A DNA stretch of 64,000 nt, from the NCBI GenBank assembly GCA_965140445.1, contig OZ223236.1, positions 5,056,001-5,120,000 of the forward strand, written 5' to 3'. The position numbers and the translations under genes were made by a program. Below are positions 47,496 to 57,293 of this stretch, in pieces. The first letter of the stretch is position 1. Each line of letters begins with the position of its first letter. The notes under the pieces are model-generated. The model was given only the letters and a program-made list of their open reading frames with translations. It made no database searches and was not told where the DNA came from. The stretch is from Candidatus Ozemobacteraceae bacterium (GTDB lineage Bacteria; Muiribacteriota; Ozemobacteria; Ozemobacterales; Ozemobacteraceae).

Positions 47496-49091
47496 TTAAT
47501 TTTGAATTGTTTTCTTAATAAGATTGAGAATCTCTTTTCTATCAAATGGCTTGTGAATAAGAATTCTTGATTCTGGAAGCTGGTTTAACAATTTTTCGTT
47601 GTAAGCGGTGCAATAAACAATTGGAGTAGAAAAATTCCTTGAGATTTCTTCTCCAACCTGCACTCCAGATTTTTTAGGCATGCCAACATCTAATAGAACA
47701 AGACGAATTTCTGAAGAATGCATTTTAAACAATTCAATTGCCTCATTTCCATCCCTGGCAACTATTACTTTATAGCCTTCGTCTTCAAGAATTCTCTGCT
47801 CTAGTTTAGCCACCTGGCTTTCATCTTCAGCAAGTAGAATAAGTTCTCCTCTGCCATGCAATTCATTAACATCACGCATATCATTAAAAGCAGCTTTGGA
47901 AATATATTTAGCTTTTTCTTTTCTAGGAATAAATAAACTTATCGAAGTCCCTTTTCCAATTTCACTATTAATTTCAATTTCCCCATCAAGTCTTCTTACA
48001 ACAGACGCAACAACACTAAGACCTAACCCTAGCCCCCTAGATTTATTAAAAGAAAAAAATGGATTAAAAGCTCTTTCTGCTACCCCATTGGACATCCCGA
48101 CTCCATTGTCCATGATGTCCAGACGAACCATCGGGTCTGCGGATGAGCGCTTTTTTTCCGACAACCAGTCTTGAGTAGGAATAAAACCTGAAACTTTTAT
48201 AGAAATTTTCCCATCAGCACTCATAGCTTCACTCGAGTTTAGAAAAATATTCATGAATAGCTGAGACAGTTCAATTTTATCGATAACGATTATTTGGGGT
48301 TCTTTATCAAGCTCGACTGAGAACTCAATATCTTCAGAAAAAATACCACGAAAAAGAGAAATCCTATCCTCTAAGAACTTTACTAAATCAATTTCGACTG
48401 GATGAGTTTTCTTCGATTGATCTGCAAAAAGCATTAGTTGTTCAACAAACTGTGCCGCTTTTTTTCCTGCTTTAATAACCGTCTGTTGAAGTTCAAAACT
48501 TTCAGGATCGTGTTCTAAACTATCAGAAATTATTTCTCCATACCCCAAAATTACCTGCAAGAGGTTGTTAAACTCATGGGCAATGCCACCTGCAAGAATG
48601 TTGATCATCTTACTTTTCTCAAATTCTATCAGTTCATTCTCTCTTTGCTTTCTTAGGCGCATTTCCTCAAGCAAGCTTCTATTTTTTGCCCGCAATACCT
48701 TTTGCAATTTTTGCAGATCTAATTGTGCTTTCACACGTGCCAGCAACTCTTTGTTATTAAAAGGTTTGGTTACAAAATCTGATCCACCAACTTCAAATCC
48801 CTTTACAAGATCATCAGTTTCAGAACGCGCCGTGAGAAAAATAATCGGTATATTGCGAGTTTCCAGGTTCTCTTTCAAACATTGGCAAACTTTATAGCCA
48901 TCCATTTCTGGCATCATTATGTCCAAAAGAATTAAATCTGGTCGTTTCTTTTCAACAAACTTAATAGCAGCCGAACCACTTTGTGCCATCGCAATTCTAT
49001 TTCCAGAAGAGGATAACAACTCCCCAGCGACTTGCAAATTCTGCTGGTTGTCATCAACAATTAATATAAGAGGCGCTTCTTCTTTATTCAC
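47496..49091 (-). CDS. Cytoplasmic hybrid kinase REC-HisKA-HATPase-REC
   Basis: LLDIMMP; AGGIAHEFNNLL; DNGVGM; GLGLGLS; LLDVGMP; GTG start behind GGAGG. Confidence 0.92.
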   Translation of the reverse strand: MNKEEAPLILIVDDNQQNLQVAGELLSSSGNRIAMAQSGSAAIKFVEKKRPDLILLDIMMPEMDGYKVCQCLKENLETRNIPIIFLTARSETDDLVKGFEVGGSDFVTKPFNNKELLARVKAQLDLQKLQKVLRAKNRSLLEEMRLRKQRENELIEFEKSKMINILAGGIAHEFNNLLQVILGYGEIISDSLEHDPESFELQQTVIKAGKKAAQFVEQLMLFADQSKKTHPVEIDLVKFLEDRISLFRGIFSEDIEFSVELDKEPQIIVIDKIELSQLFMNIFLNSSEAMSADGKISIKVSGFIPTQDWLSEKKRSSADPMVRLDIMDNGVGMSNGVAERAFNPFFSFNKSRGLGLGLSVVASVVRRLDGEIEINSEIGKGTSISLFIPRKEKAKYISKAAFNDMRDVNELHGRGELILLAEDESQVAKLEQRILEDEGYKVIVARDGNEAIELFKMHSSEIRLVLLDVGMPKKSGVQVGEEISRNFSTPIVYCTAYNEKLLNQLPESRILIHKPFDRKEILNLIKKTIQN

Positions 49092-49251
49092 AAAACCTCC
49101 AGCGACCAAAGAAGACTACTGATACGAAGTTAGTCCAAGTATTCCCTTTTTGTTTATCTATTTTTTTTATTAGGCTATAATTGTAACTTATTCAGCCTTT
49201 TCAGTTCAAGGTAATAAAACCTCTATTTAATTATTATTGCGGAGACAACCA

Positions 49252-50013
49252 GTGAAAAAAAGATTTTTTTGGCTATTCATTATTCTTGTTATCCTTACTC
49301 AAAATGCAAACGCGCAAAATAAACCAGTAATTGGTATAAGCGCTTCAATAAAAAATTCAGTAGTAAGTCTTGATTTAGACTATGCAAAATGCATTGAGGA
49401 AGCTGGAGGAATCCCTTTAATTTTACCCCCAACATCAAATCCCGAAATTATTAAAAGTTATGTGCAAATTCTGGATGGGTTAATGATGACAGGGGGACCA
49501 GACTTACCCCCATCTCTATACAACCAAAAAGAGCATCCCTCAACAAAAGTAATGGAAAAAATCAGATCGGTATCTGACAAAGAATTGATTCGCTGCTGGC
49601 TGAGAACAAAAAAGCCAATTCTAGGAATTTGCCTTGGAATGGAATTTTCCAATGTAATGTCTGGTGGAACCCTATTTCAGGACATTCCAACCATGATAGG
49701 AAATGATGTTTGCCACCGGAATGGAGAAAAATTCACCAATTTTCACAACATTGGAATTTCTCACGGAAGCCTCTTACACAAAATTTTAGGAACCACAAAA
49801 GCGGTTGTTTTATCCCGTCACCACCAGGCAGTTGATAAAATAGGCGCAAATCTCAAAGCTATAGCCAGAACAAGTGACGGTGTGGTCGAAGCTTTGCAAA
49901 AAACCGACTCAGACTTTGGACTTTTTTTACAATGGCACCCAGAGGGAATGAGCAAATATCCAGAGCACCAGCAAAGGATATTTAAAGCATTTGTAGATGC
50001 CTGCAAAAAATAA
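49252..50013 (+). CDS. Gamma-glutamyl-GABA hydrolase family (peptidase C26, PuuD-like) with signal peptide
   Basis: KPVIGIS, AGGIPLILP, TGGPDL, PILGICLG, HHQAV, QWHPE; GTG start behind GGAG. Confidence 0.88.
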   Translation: MKKRFFWLFIILVILTQNANAQNKPVIGISASIKNSVVSLDLDYAKCIEEAGGIPLILPPTSNPEIIKSYVQILDGLMMTGGPDLPPSLYNQKEHPSTKVMEKIRSVSDKELIRCWLRTKKPILGICLGMEFSNVMSGGTLFQDIPTMIGNDVCHRNGEKFTNFHNIGISHGSLLHKILGTTKAVVLSRHHQAVDKIGANLKAIARTSDGVVEALQKTDSDFGLFLQWHPEGMSKYPEHQQRIFKAFVDACKK

Positions 50014-50015
50014 AA

Positions 50016-50870
50016 TTAATTTTCTTTTTCAGCTCGAATTTGCTTGCTTGTTTTTTTCCAAAAAGCCGGACTAACCTTTTCCAACTTATATCCCAACTCC
50101 TTTATTTGTTTATCTAATCTTTCTACTCTACTTTTTGAAGAGGGATGAGTAGAAAGATAGTTAGCCAGAGCGCCTAAGGATTCCTCTTTTGATAGCCTGA
50201 CAAAAAAGTCAGTAGCTCCCCCGACATGGCCGTACATTTTATTCAAAACATTTAAAGCAAAATCATCAGCAGCTTTTTCCTGGGCTCTGGAATAATTATT
50301 TCGCGCAACCCCGGAAGAATTTAAAAAGATCTTTGTAGTGGGATTATTTCCCCCAAAAGCAAAAACAGTTACCAGATAAAACAAAAAGCTCCGGCCTAAA
50401 CCTCTTAGGTGATCCCTATGAACAAAATGCCCAACTTCATGAGCAAGAATCATTGCAAGCTCATTTTCAGATTGAACTTTGTCCATAAGAGCAGAATAAA
50501 CAATTATATATCCACCTGGTAAAGCAAGAGCATTGGCATCTTTACCTTTAACGACCTTTACGTTCAAGTCGCGTCTTTGCTCTTGAGGTAACTGCTTTAC
50601 AACTAAATCAAGAATATCTTGAATTTTCTCGTTGTCATATTTGCTGCTACCCTCGCCCGCCTCAAGAACTTGCGAAACTATGGGTCCAGCAAAAGCTCTT
50701 TCCCACTTAACAGGAATAAATGGAACAAAAAAATCAACAACCATACCTAGAAATGCATAGAAAACGATTCCAACAAGGACAACCCGAAGAAAAATTCTTG
50801 CTCCATACCACCAGGCGGAACCTTTACTCACATTAAAGTTTTCTTCAACGTGGACAGGAATATACTTCAT
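50016..50870 (-). CDS. M48 family zinc metallopeptidase
   Basis: NALALPGG, LAHEVGH, YSRAQEKAAD, LSTHP. Confidence 0.92.
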   Translation of the reverse strand: MKYIPVHVEENFNVSKGSAWWYGARIFLRVVLVGIVFYAFLGMVVDFFVPFIPVKWERAFAGPIVSQVLEAGEGSSKYDNEKIQDILDLVVKQLPQEQRRDLNVKVVKGKDANALALPGGYIIVYSALMDKVQSENELAMILAHEVGHFVHRDHLRGLGRSFLFYLVTVFAFGGNNPTTKIFLNSSGVARNNYSRAQEKAADDFALNVLNKMYGHVGGATDFFVRLSKEESLGALANYLSTHPSSKSRVERLDKQIKELGYKLEKVSPAFWKKTSKQIRAEKEN

Positions 50871-51368
50871 TTAAGCCTGCGTTTCCTTTGTATACTTAAC
50901 GGCAGTTCCATAAGCCATAACTTCAACGATTCCCATAGGCTTTGCATCATTACCACCACAAATACTCATGGTTTCAATCCTGAAATTAATAATTGCATCT
51001 GCTTTAAGATTTGCCGCCTTCTCTTTCATCCTTAAAACAGCTTCTCTTCGCGCACGATCAAGGAGAGTTTCAAAAACAGCAACTCTCCCACCAACAAGAT
51101 TAACCAAAGAGGCAACATATCTTTTAAAAGGATCAGAACCAATTACAACGGCTCCAGAAACCATGCCGGCCGCCATTATTTTGTCGTCATCTTCTTTAAA
51201 ATCAGAGGGAATTAAGGGCAAATTTATTAATCTGGCTTCTCGCGATTTAATGCTCTCATAATGCTTATTTTCAAAGTATTTTCCAATATAGTAATAGAAG
51301 ACAAGAGGGCCAAACATGAATATTACAACAAAAAAGATGGTTATTATTGTTTCAAATATACCTTCCAT
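50871..51368 (-). CDS. YbjQ (UPF0145) family protein with N-terminal TM
   Basis: NLVGGRV..FETLLDRARREAVLRM..ADAIINFR..VMAYGTAV. Confidence 0.88.
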   Translation of the reverse strand: MEGIFETIITIFFVVIFMFGPLVFYYYIGKYFENKHYESIKSREARLINLPLIPSDFKEDDDKIMAAGMVSGAVVIGSDPFKRYVASLVNLVGGRVAVFETLLDRARREAVLRMKEKAANLKADAIINFRIETMSICGGNDAKPMGIVEVMAYGTAVKYTKETQA

Positions 51369-51369
51369 G

Positions 51370-51705
51370 CTATTCAACCTTTACTGCAGTGCCATAGACG
51401 TATATCTCAGCTGCCCCCTGAGCAATTGAAGAAGTTGAGAAGCGAATATTAACTATTGCATTAGCCCCCTTTCTTTTTGCCTCAGACACCATACGCTGGG
51501 TAGCCTCAATTCTGGATTCCTGCAATAGCTCCGTGTATCCTGTCAGCTCACCTCCAAAAAGGTTCTTTAAGCTGGCCATAATATCTTTTCCAACATGTTT
51601 AGCTCTAATTGTTGAACCAGAAACTAAACCAAAATGGGCGGTGATTTCCCTCCCTGGAACCCTGTCAATAGTCGTTAAAATCATATTCCCAGACACATTA
51701 GACAT
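51370..51705 (-). CDS. YbjQ (UPF0145) family protein
   Basis: GLVSGSTIRAKHVGKDI..GGELTGYT..GANAIVNIRF..VYGTAV. Confidence 0.92.
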   Translation of the reverse strand: MSNVSGNMILTTIDRVPGREITAHFGLVSGSTIRAKHVGKDIMASLKNLFGGELTGYTELLQESRIEATQRMVSEAKRKGANAIVNIRFSTSSIAQGAAEIYVYGTAVKVE

Positions 51706-51780
51706 AAATACCCCTCCGATTTAAACTTAAAAGCCTGGACTAAATAATTAAGTTCAGGCAATTGTTATTCTAATAATTTT

Positions 51781-52746
51781 CTAATAAAAAAAGGTTTTTG
51801 TACAATGCCTGGGCATTTTTCGGTAAAAAGCTTCCTGCCCACGGTTCCACAGGAGATAGTCAAGTCCTTGTGAGGAGATTAAAGCCCCCGCCTGGTGCAA
51901 TTCCCTTTTTATTAATTCTACTGCATGAAGAGAAACAGCTCTTATTTCAATTTCTTCGTCAGAACCCGAATCAATGAGCTCACCTTTTTGAATCCTATTC
52001 TCAAGTTCCTCTGAAAAGGTCAGAACGCCATCAAGTTTCAACACATGAGGGACAAGATTGTCAGCAAAAATTGTTAACTTTTCAATGTCATTAAATTTTC
52101 CCGGGGCTTCCCCCTTGAAAGCAATTTCCAGATCAGAAACAGCTATTTGTGCTCTTTTGTAAAACAAAACCTCTTTATTGTGATAAAGAAAATGGTCGCC
52201 AAACATAGGCATTTTAGCAAGGGTTTCAACAAGATTTTCAGCGCTTCCGTCGCAAGATTCAAGCATAAAAAGAAAATCGCTTTTAAAATTGGTTCCGACA
52301 AACTCGCCCAATTCTTTTAAAGCACTAGAAAACATTTGCATCAATTCCATTACCTCAGGATTTTCAAGGTCTTGACGGAAAATTTTTGCTGCCAATTCTG
52401 GAGTAAAACCAACCAAATCATCACAAGTTGGTCGACCATTTTTTCTAAAAAATTCTGCAAGAAGAAAAGCTACAGTAAAATAGCCTGTCTTGCCTTCATA
52501 TTTCTTTAAGTATGGAAAATAACCCGACCCAAAGTTAATGCTATCAAGGATAAAAAAAAATGCTGCTGTATCAGCAGGCTCCCCGACAAAATGATTAACT
52601 TCATCCATAACTGGATTTTGGGCAATGTCTAATGGCAGATTTTTAGCATAGTTTACAATTTTGTCATGATTAATTTTTACAAACCTGGAATTATCTGCAA
52701 CAGCTTCACAACTATTTCTTATTTTATCGAAAATTGAGTATTCCAT
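51781..52746 (-). CDS. Queuosine salvage family protein (DUF2419/QNG1-like)
   Basis: DSINFG, FYKRAQI, LTIFADNLVPHVL..GVL, EEIEIRA, LDYLLW, H.TKTFFY; start refined to ATG 52746. Confidence 0.85.
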   Translation of the reverse strand: MEYSIFDKIRNSCEAVADNSRFVKINHDKIVNYAKNLPLDIAQNPVMDEVNHFVGEPADTAAFFFILDSINFGSGYFPYLKKYEGKTGYFTVAFLLAEFFRKNGRPTCDDLVGFTPELAAKIFRQDLENPEVMELMQMFSSALKELGEFVGTNFKSDFLFMLESCDGSAENLVETLAKMPMFGDHFLYHNKEVLFYKRAQIAVSDLEIAFKGEAPGKFNDIEKLTIFADNLVPHVLKLDGVLTFSEELENRIQKGELIDSGSDEEIEIRAVSLHAVELIKRELHQAGALISSQGLDYLLWNRGQEAFYRKMPRHCTKTFFY

Positions 52747-52822
52747 AACCAACCTTGTTTCAGCTTTAACTTCTAACCTGAAAGTATAATGCAAAGCTGG
52801 AAAAATTGGAAAAGAATTGATT

Positions 52823-53248
52823 CTATTTACAATTTGAACAAATGCCTCTTACTTCAATGCTGAATCTTCCGATTGAAAATCCTTCAGGAAGATAATCTGC
52901 AACAGATAAAACAGGGAAAGATTCCATAAAAATATCTCCGAGCTCTCCACACTTGCTGCAGAAAAAGTGTAGATGAGGTGACAGGTTTCCATCATATCTT
53001 GCGGAGCTTCCCACTCCACCAACCTGGAAAATCTGGCCATTTTCTTCAAGCCAATTAAGCGATCTATAAACAGTATCGAGTGATACATTGGGCATTCTCT
53101 TTTTCACGCTTTCGTAAACAGCCTCTGCTGTTGGATGATCACTGGACCTGCAAACAGCCTTATAGACCTCAACCCTTTGTGGAGTGACCCTTATAGAATT
53201 CGTTTTACAATAATCAATGAGCTTTCTTTCCATTTGACGAATATTCAT
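52823..53248 (-). CDS. perR: Fur-family regulator, PerR-like
   Basis: RVTPQR, HPTAEAVY, SLDTVYRSL, RYDGN..HLHFFCSKCG, GICSNC; divergent from rubrerythrin. Confidence 0.8.
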   Translation of the reverse strand: MNIRQMERKLIDYCKTNSIRVTPQRVEVYKAVCRSSDHPTAEAVYESVKKRMPNVSLDTVYRSLNWLEENGQIFQVGGVGSSARYDGNLSPHLHFFCSKCGELGDIFMESFPVLSVADYLPEGFSIGRFSIEVRGICSNCK

Positions 53249-53288
53249 GAACCCTCACAACATTCTTGACAATTTTTGAAGTTTATAT

Positions 53289-53320
53289 TAAGAATTATTC
53301 CGACTTAGTAATAATTCTTA
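53289..53320. promoter_or_regulatory. Candidate PerR/Fur operator
   Basis: Perfect 11-bp inverted repeat TAAGAATTATT-N10-AATAATTCTTA in the perR-rbr divergent region. Confidence 0.65.
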
Positions 53321-53367
53321 CATTTTAAATCAATTTAATATTTTATTCAAGAAAAAGGAGCATTTAA

Positions 53368-53868
53368 ATGAGTAGCAAAGAAAACCTTGCAGCAGCTTTT
53401 GCAGGAGAAAGTCAAGCTAACAGAAAGTATCTGGCATTTGGAAAAAAAGCAGAGGCTGATGGATATAAAATGGTATCAAAGCTTTTTAGAGCTAATGCTG
53501 AAGCAGAAACCATTCATGCGCATTCACATTTAAAAGTAATGGACGGCATCAAGGACACAGCAACAAACCTTCAAACAGCAGTTGAAGGTGAAGGCTATGA
53601 ATTTAAGGAAATGTATCCTAAGTTTATCGAAGAAGCTAAGCAAGAAGGCAATAAAGCTGCCGAAAGAACTTTTGAAATAGCAATGAAGGCAGAAAAAGTA
53701 CATCACGCACTTTACCAGAAGGCTCTTGACTCTGTGAAAAACGGTAAAGACCTTGATGAAGCAGAAGTTCATATTTGCCCGGTTTGTGGCAATACAGTTA
53801 TTGGTGGAGTTCACGACAAATGTGAAATTTGTGGCGTTGCCGCTGAAAAGTTTATCGAAATTAAGTAA
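53368..53868 (+). CDS. rbr: Rubrerythrin
   Basis: AFAGESQANRKY, EAETIHA, EGEGYE..MYP, AEKVH, CPVCG..CEICG. Confidence 0.95.
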   Translation: MSSKENLAAAFAGESQANRKYLAFGKKAEADGYKMVSKLFRANAEAETIHAHSHLKVMDGIKDTATNLQTAVEGEGYEFKEMYPKFIEEAKQEGNKAAERTFEIAMKAEKVHHALYQKALDSVKNGKDLDEAEVHICPVCGNTVIGGVHDKCEICGVAAEKFIEIK

Positions 53869-53870
53869 TA

Positions 53871-53922
53871 AAAAAAAAGGGGTCCAGAGCTATTTATATT
53901 GCTCTGAACCCCTTTTTTTTTA
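53871..53922. terminator. Bidirectional intrinsic terminator
   Basis: A8-GGGGTCCAGAGC...GCTCTGAACCCC-T10. Confidence 0.85.
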
Positions 53923-54082
53923 TTCAATACAAGCAAAAATTTAATGCAGATCAAAGTCTTCACATTTCACATTTAGAGCCATTTTAATAAAGTTATTCAT
54001 TGAAAATGAATCGTTTGAAATTCTCCTTGATATAGCTCCGATAAGCTTTTTTTCAAATCCCCATGTACATGTAAAAAAGCTT

Positions 54083-55369
54083 TCACTTAACTTCAAAAAT
54101 TAAAAGCGAAATATCATCTCGCATCCTTCCCTTGCCAATCCACTCATAGACCTCTTTAACGACTTCATCAACAATAGCATGGATATCAGGAGATGATTTT
54201 TTCATCATTATATCTAACATCCTCTTCTCACCAAATTCTTCAGAACTTTTCCCTTTTCTGGCTTCTGTTAAACCATCAGAGTATAAAGCAAATCTGTCTC
54301 CAGAATGAAGATGGATTTCAAATTGATGAAACTCAATTCTGTGAGAGATTCCTACAGGTGGGTCTCCACCAATTAAACTAGACGGCTTTTGCCCTTTTCG
54401 CAATAAAAGAACAGGAGTCTGCCCGGCCCTACAGTAATTAAAGATCTTTTTTTGAAGATCAAAAACCCCGTAGGTAATTGTAAAATACTTAAAGCACTCT
54501 AAATCCATGTAGAATTCATGATTCAAAAGTTTTAGTACCTCTGAAGGTCTTCTGATTCTTCCGTTATTTTTTTTTACCAGATTACTTCCCCAGGTTGCCG
54601 ATAAATATCTATGGATTGTAAATGCAAGCAAAGCCGCTGAAACGCCATGCCCTGCGACATCCAACAGATAGACCCCCAAAAACCTATCATTTAAACGCAC
54701 AACATTAAGCAAATCTCCCCCGATAGTTTCACAGGGCTGATAAAACCAGGCAAAATCAAAATATTCATTTCTTTCTATGCCAGTTGGAAGATAACTTCTT
54801 TGAAGTTCACCAGCAATCTGTAGGTCAACTTTAATGTTTTCAAGCAATTGATTAAGCTCTCTATTTTTGCTTTCCAACTCTTCAGTGATCTTATTTAATT
54901 GCTTTTGATTCTCTCTCAGAGCTTTATTAGACAACTGTAATCTCAATAAAGTTTTCAACCTTGAAACAATGTGAAAAGGGTTAAGGGGTCCAGGAAAATA
55001 GTCTATGCAACCGCTTTCAACAATCTCAATAAGCTCTTCTGTCTCCTCAATATCTCCAATTATTACGAGGGGAATTTCAAATGATTCAAAAGTTTCCTTA
55101 GCTTCCCAAATTGTCTCCAGGGGAGATTCCATCTCTTTGTCAATGCAGATAATAATTATATCAGCTAAAAAGGAGCTTTCCTGGTCACTGCCTTCTGGAG
55201 ATAAGAATAATACAGCGTCAGAGAGGGTTTTGTACACAAGGAAGCCAGAGAACCCCTCCATTTCGAGAAGTTCACAAATTTCCTCACTCTGAGTTTCTGA
55301 ATGAGAAATAATCAGGATTCTTCTGGACAAAATTTCGTCCACAAGCAGGAATCTATAATTGACGGTCAT
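54083..55369 (-). CDS. Receiver-like domain fused to SpoIIE/PP2C phosphatase (RsbU/RsbP-like)
   Basis: LQRSYLP, IGGD, DVAGHGVSAAL, YSDGLTE, DDISLL; degenerate N-terminal REC. Confidence 0.9.
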   Translation of the reverse strand: MTVNYRFLLVDEILSRRILIISHSETQSEEICELLEMEGFSGFLVYKTLSDAVLFLSPEGSDQESSFLADIIIICIDKEMESPLETIWEAKETFESFEIPLVIIGDIEETEELIEIVESGCIDYFPGPLNPFHIVSRLKTLLRLQLSNKALRENQKQLNKITEELESKNRELNQLLENIKVDLQIAGELQRSYLPTGIERNEYFDFAWFYQPCETIGGDLLNVVRLNDRFLGVYLLDVAGHGVSAALLAFTIHRYLSATWGSNLVKKNNGRIRRPSEVLKLLNHEFYMDLECFKYFTITYGVFDLQKKIFNYCRAGQTPVLLLRKGQKPSSLIGGDPPVGISHRIEFHQFEIHLHSGDRFALYSDGLTEARKGKSSEEFGEKRMLDIMMKKSSPDIHAIVDEVVKEVYEWIGKGRMRDDISLLIFEVK

Positions 55370-55541
55370 GAAAGACCTCTCTCAAAAGCCTTTTATCTAT
55401 TTTTCGGCTGTATTATTCTGTATATTTTAATTATAGCCTCTGAAACCACTTAAATCAACCGGACCAATTACCGTCTAATCACAACTATAAAAACTGATTT
55501 TATGCTATAATTTTGCACAAATTCAATTTGGATTGGAACCA

Positions 55542-56276
55542 ATGACAAGCAATACAGACAAAATTTATTCACAAAAACTTGCGAATCTCGCCAATTTTAA
55601 ATTCGATGAAAAAGTAGCAGAAGTTTTTCCTGACATGCTCAATAGATCAATTCCCGGATATCCGGCAATCATAACAATGATTGAAACACTCACTGCCAGG
55701 TTTGGGCAGAATAACAGCAATTTTTATGACCTTGGCTGTTCATTGGGAGCTAGCTCCCACTCAATGCAACTTGGAAACACTGCTGAAAATTGCAAAATAG
55801 TGGCAATCGACAATTCCAAAGCAATGATTGAAAAATGCCTTCAAAATCCGCAATTTGAGAAGTCCAAAACCTCAATTGAATTTAAATGCGAGGACATAGT
55901 TGATTCTAAAATTGAAAACGCGTCTATAGTTGTCCTTAACTTCACGCTGCAATTTGTCGCCCCTGAAAGTCGGCTTAAGCTAATAAAAACAATATATGAC
56001 GGCATGTTATCCGGAGGAATTCTCATACTATCCGAGAAAGTTTGCTTTGAAGACGAAAAAGTGAACTCAATGCTAATTGACGTCTACCATTCTTTTAAAA
56101 AAGCTAATGGTTATAGTGATTTAGAAATAAGTCAAAAGAGAACCGCTCTTGAAAAAGTCCTTATTCCCGAAAGCTTTAAACGACATAGAGATCGATTAAT
56201 AAGAGCCGGATTTGAAAGCGTTGAACCATGGTTTCAGTGCTTCAACTTCATGTCCATTCTGGCGGTTAAAAAGTGA
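55542..56276 (+). CDS. cmoA: Carboxy-S-adenosyl-L-methionine synthase
   Basis: FKFDEKVAEVFPDM.NRSIPGY, YDLGCSLGA, NFTLQF, NGYSDLEISQKRTALE, WFQCFNF. Confidence 0.95.
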   Translation: MTSNTDKIYSQKLANLANFKFDEKVAEVFPDMLNRSIPGYPAIITMIETLTARFGQNNSNFYDLGCSLGASSHSMQLGNTAENCKIVAIDNSKAMIEKCLQNPQFEKSKTSIEFKCEDIVDSKIENASIVVLNFTLQFVAPESRLKLIKTIYDGMLSGGILILSEKVCFEDEKVNSMLIDVYHSFKKANGYSDLEISQKRTALEKVLIPESFKRHRDRLIRAGFESVEPWFQCFNFMSILAVKK

Positions 56277-57244
56277 TTAACCTATTTACAGATTTTTTTG
56301 CAGACCTAAGAAAATTTGGCCTTGGTAAATACGAGGAATTTTTCCAGGAAGCTCTTTTAAATCAAATCGGTATTTCAGAAAAAAACAGACAAAATTGGTT
56401 CAATGCTCTTAATAGCTTGCCAGAAGTTTTTCCTTCAGAATATTGTCTTAACAGTTCTGAAATTTCAGCGGGCAGAAAAACTGAATTATCAAGCGAACAA
56501 CTCAAGATTTTAAACCATTCTCTAACGGAGCTTTGCCCATGGAGAAAAGGGCCTTTCCGCCTATTTGATACCTTCATTGACACAGAATGGCGATCCGACT
56601 GGAAGTGGAATAGAATATCTGACAAGATTTCTCCCCTTAAAGACAAAAAGGTATTGGATATTGGTTGCGGAAATGGATATCACATGTGGAGGATGCTAGG
56701 AGATGGAGCAAAGCTTGTAGTAGGAGCAGACCCTTCTTTTCAGTTTCTTGCACAGTTTTTAACTATTAAAAAATACATTAAAGATCAACCAATTCACCTT
56801 CTACCTTTAGGATTTGAACACCTTCCAGCATCTATGCCAGAATTTGACTCCGTTTTCTCAATGGGAATTTTATATCACCGTAGGTCCCCAATAGACTTTT
56901 TAAAATCGATAAGAACTCTTTTAAAACCTGATGGAGAACTTGTTTTAGAAACTCTTGTAATCGAAGGGGGAGACCTTGAAGTATTGGTTCCGCCCGGACG
57001 CTATGCTCAAATGAACAATGTGTGGTTTATTCCCACTCCAAATGCTCTAATGACATGGCTAAGGAAATGCGGATATAAAAATCCCCAGCTGATTAATCTC
57101 AGCAAAACAACAGTTGAAGAGCAAAGAGCAACAAAGTGGATGACCAGCCACTCTCTTTCAGAATTCCTGGATCCAGATGATTGCAATAAAACAATCGAAG
57201 GGCATCCTTCTCCTATACGTGCAACAATCATTGCAAAGAAATAA
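56273..57244 (+). CDS. cmoB: tRNA U34 carboxymethyltransferase
   Basis: PWRKGPF, IDTEWRSDWKW, LDIGCGNGYH, SMGILYHRRSP, RYAQMNNVWFIP, TIEGHPSP. Confidence 0.95.
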   Translation: MINLFTDFFADLRKFGLGKYEEFFQEALLNQIGISEKNRQNWFNALNSLPEVFPSEYCLNSSEISAGRKTELSSEQLKILNHSLTELCPWRKGPFRLFDTFIDTEWRSDWKWNRISDKISPLKDKKVLDIGCGNGYHMWRMLGDGAKLVVGADPSFQFLAQFLTIKKYIKDQPIHLLPLGFEHLPASMPEFDSVFSMGILYHRRSPIDFLKSIRTLLKPDGELVLETLVIEGGDLEVLVPPGRYAQMNNVWFIPTPNALMTWLRKCGYKNPQLINLSKTTVEEQRATKWMTSHSLSEFLDPDDCNKTIEGHPSPIRATIIAKK

Positions 57245-57293
57245 CGATAAGTTGTATTTTGAATCTAACCCAATAAAGTGAAGCGAAAATAAA

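Noticed and set aside
53941..54030. Minus-strand AAGGAG followed by a 19-codon ORF (MNNFIKMALNVKCEDFDLH)
   Set aside because: The RBS is over 20 nt from the ATG; too short to support
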